Below are positions 63,750-64,000 of a DNA stretch of 64,000 bases, one piece after another (the stretch's first letter is position 1; every line of letters starts with the position of its first letter). The notes below the pieces were generated by a model. The model worked only from the letters and a program-made list of their open reading frames with translations. It was not told the DNA's origin and searched no databases. A program made the translations under genes and the position numbers. This DNA comes from Dicyema japonicum (Eukaryota > Animalia > Dicyemida): contig RDEW01000056.1 in NCBI GenBank assembly GCA_011109175.1, forward strand, positions 213,401-277,400, in the 5' to 3' direction.

Positions 63750-64000
63750 GCTTTATTTATTTTATTAACCCCGAAATCACGAGAAAAAGGATAAAAGTTA
63801 TCGTCTAATTAAGTGATTCTGGTGTCCATAACAGTCCTTTTCCTGCTGTTAGTTTTGGAGTCCTGGATTAATCTCCACAGCGGGGAAGGTTTCTTCTCAT
63901 ATCTCGGTCAGGCGTCCATATGTGCGGTCCGAGAGGATGTCAGGGTACTTTGCGATCTTGAGGAAGTCCCGGTGACGTTCCGTAAGGTATTCGATGATTG
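63750..64000 (-). mobile_element. 3' end of the second Ingi/Vingi-like LINE, copy B
   Basis: Duplicate of 46305-46547. Confidence 0.8.

Larger units (their letters stand above)
50627..64000 (+). repeat. Segmental duplication copy B (runs off the window)
   Basis: Collinear with 31239-46547. Confidence 0.97.

Noticed and set aside
1-64000. Ciliate-type genetic code, suggested by tiny introns and many TAA/TAG
   Set aside because: Intact genes end in TAA or TAG, the 460-aa RT has no internal stops, and one CAP TAG replaces a conserved Trp rather than Gln.

Overview
AT-rich eukaryotic genomic DNA, almost certainly from a metazoan with minute introns, using the standard genetic code. There are two N-gaps. 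Most of the window is decayed transposable elements: non-LTR retrotransposons of several kinds (RTE, Ingi/Vingi-like, R4/Dong-like, CRE-like, CR1/Jockey-like), tRNA-derived SINEs, Buster-type hAT elements, a Mutator/foldback-like element and a Ginger-like integrase. Host genes are an intact HPRT (7 exons), two intact ACOT13-like thioesterases and an orphan type I membrane protein (one copy intact, one frameshifted). Pseudogenes are a pyruvate dehydrogenase phosphatase (two copies), a CAP/SCP protein and a WD40 protein. Every intron I could parse in intact genes is 21-25 nt. 31239-46547 is repeated at 50627-64000 with mosaic divergence. The best candidate for a novel system is an ORF1-less LINE family whose 5' end folds as an HDV-like ribozyme, with covarying stems across copies, placed just before a 2A (StopGo) peptide; the same ribozyme module recurs in SINE-like short elements. 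All calls come from manual translation, folding and motif recall, not database searches. Boundaries of decayed elements are approximate and percent divergences are by-eye estimates.
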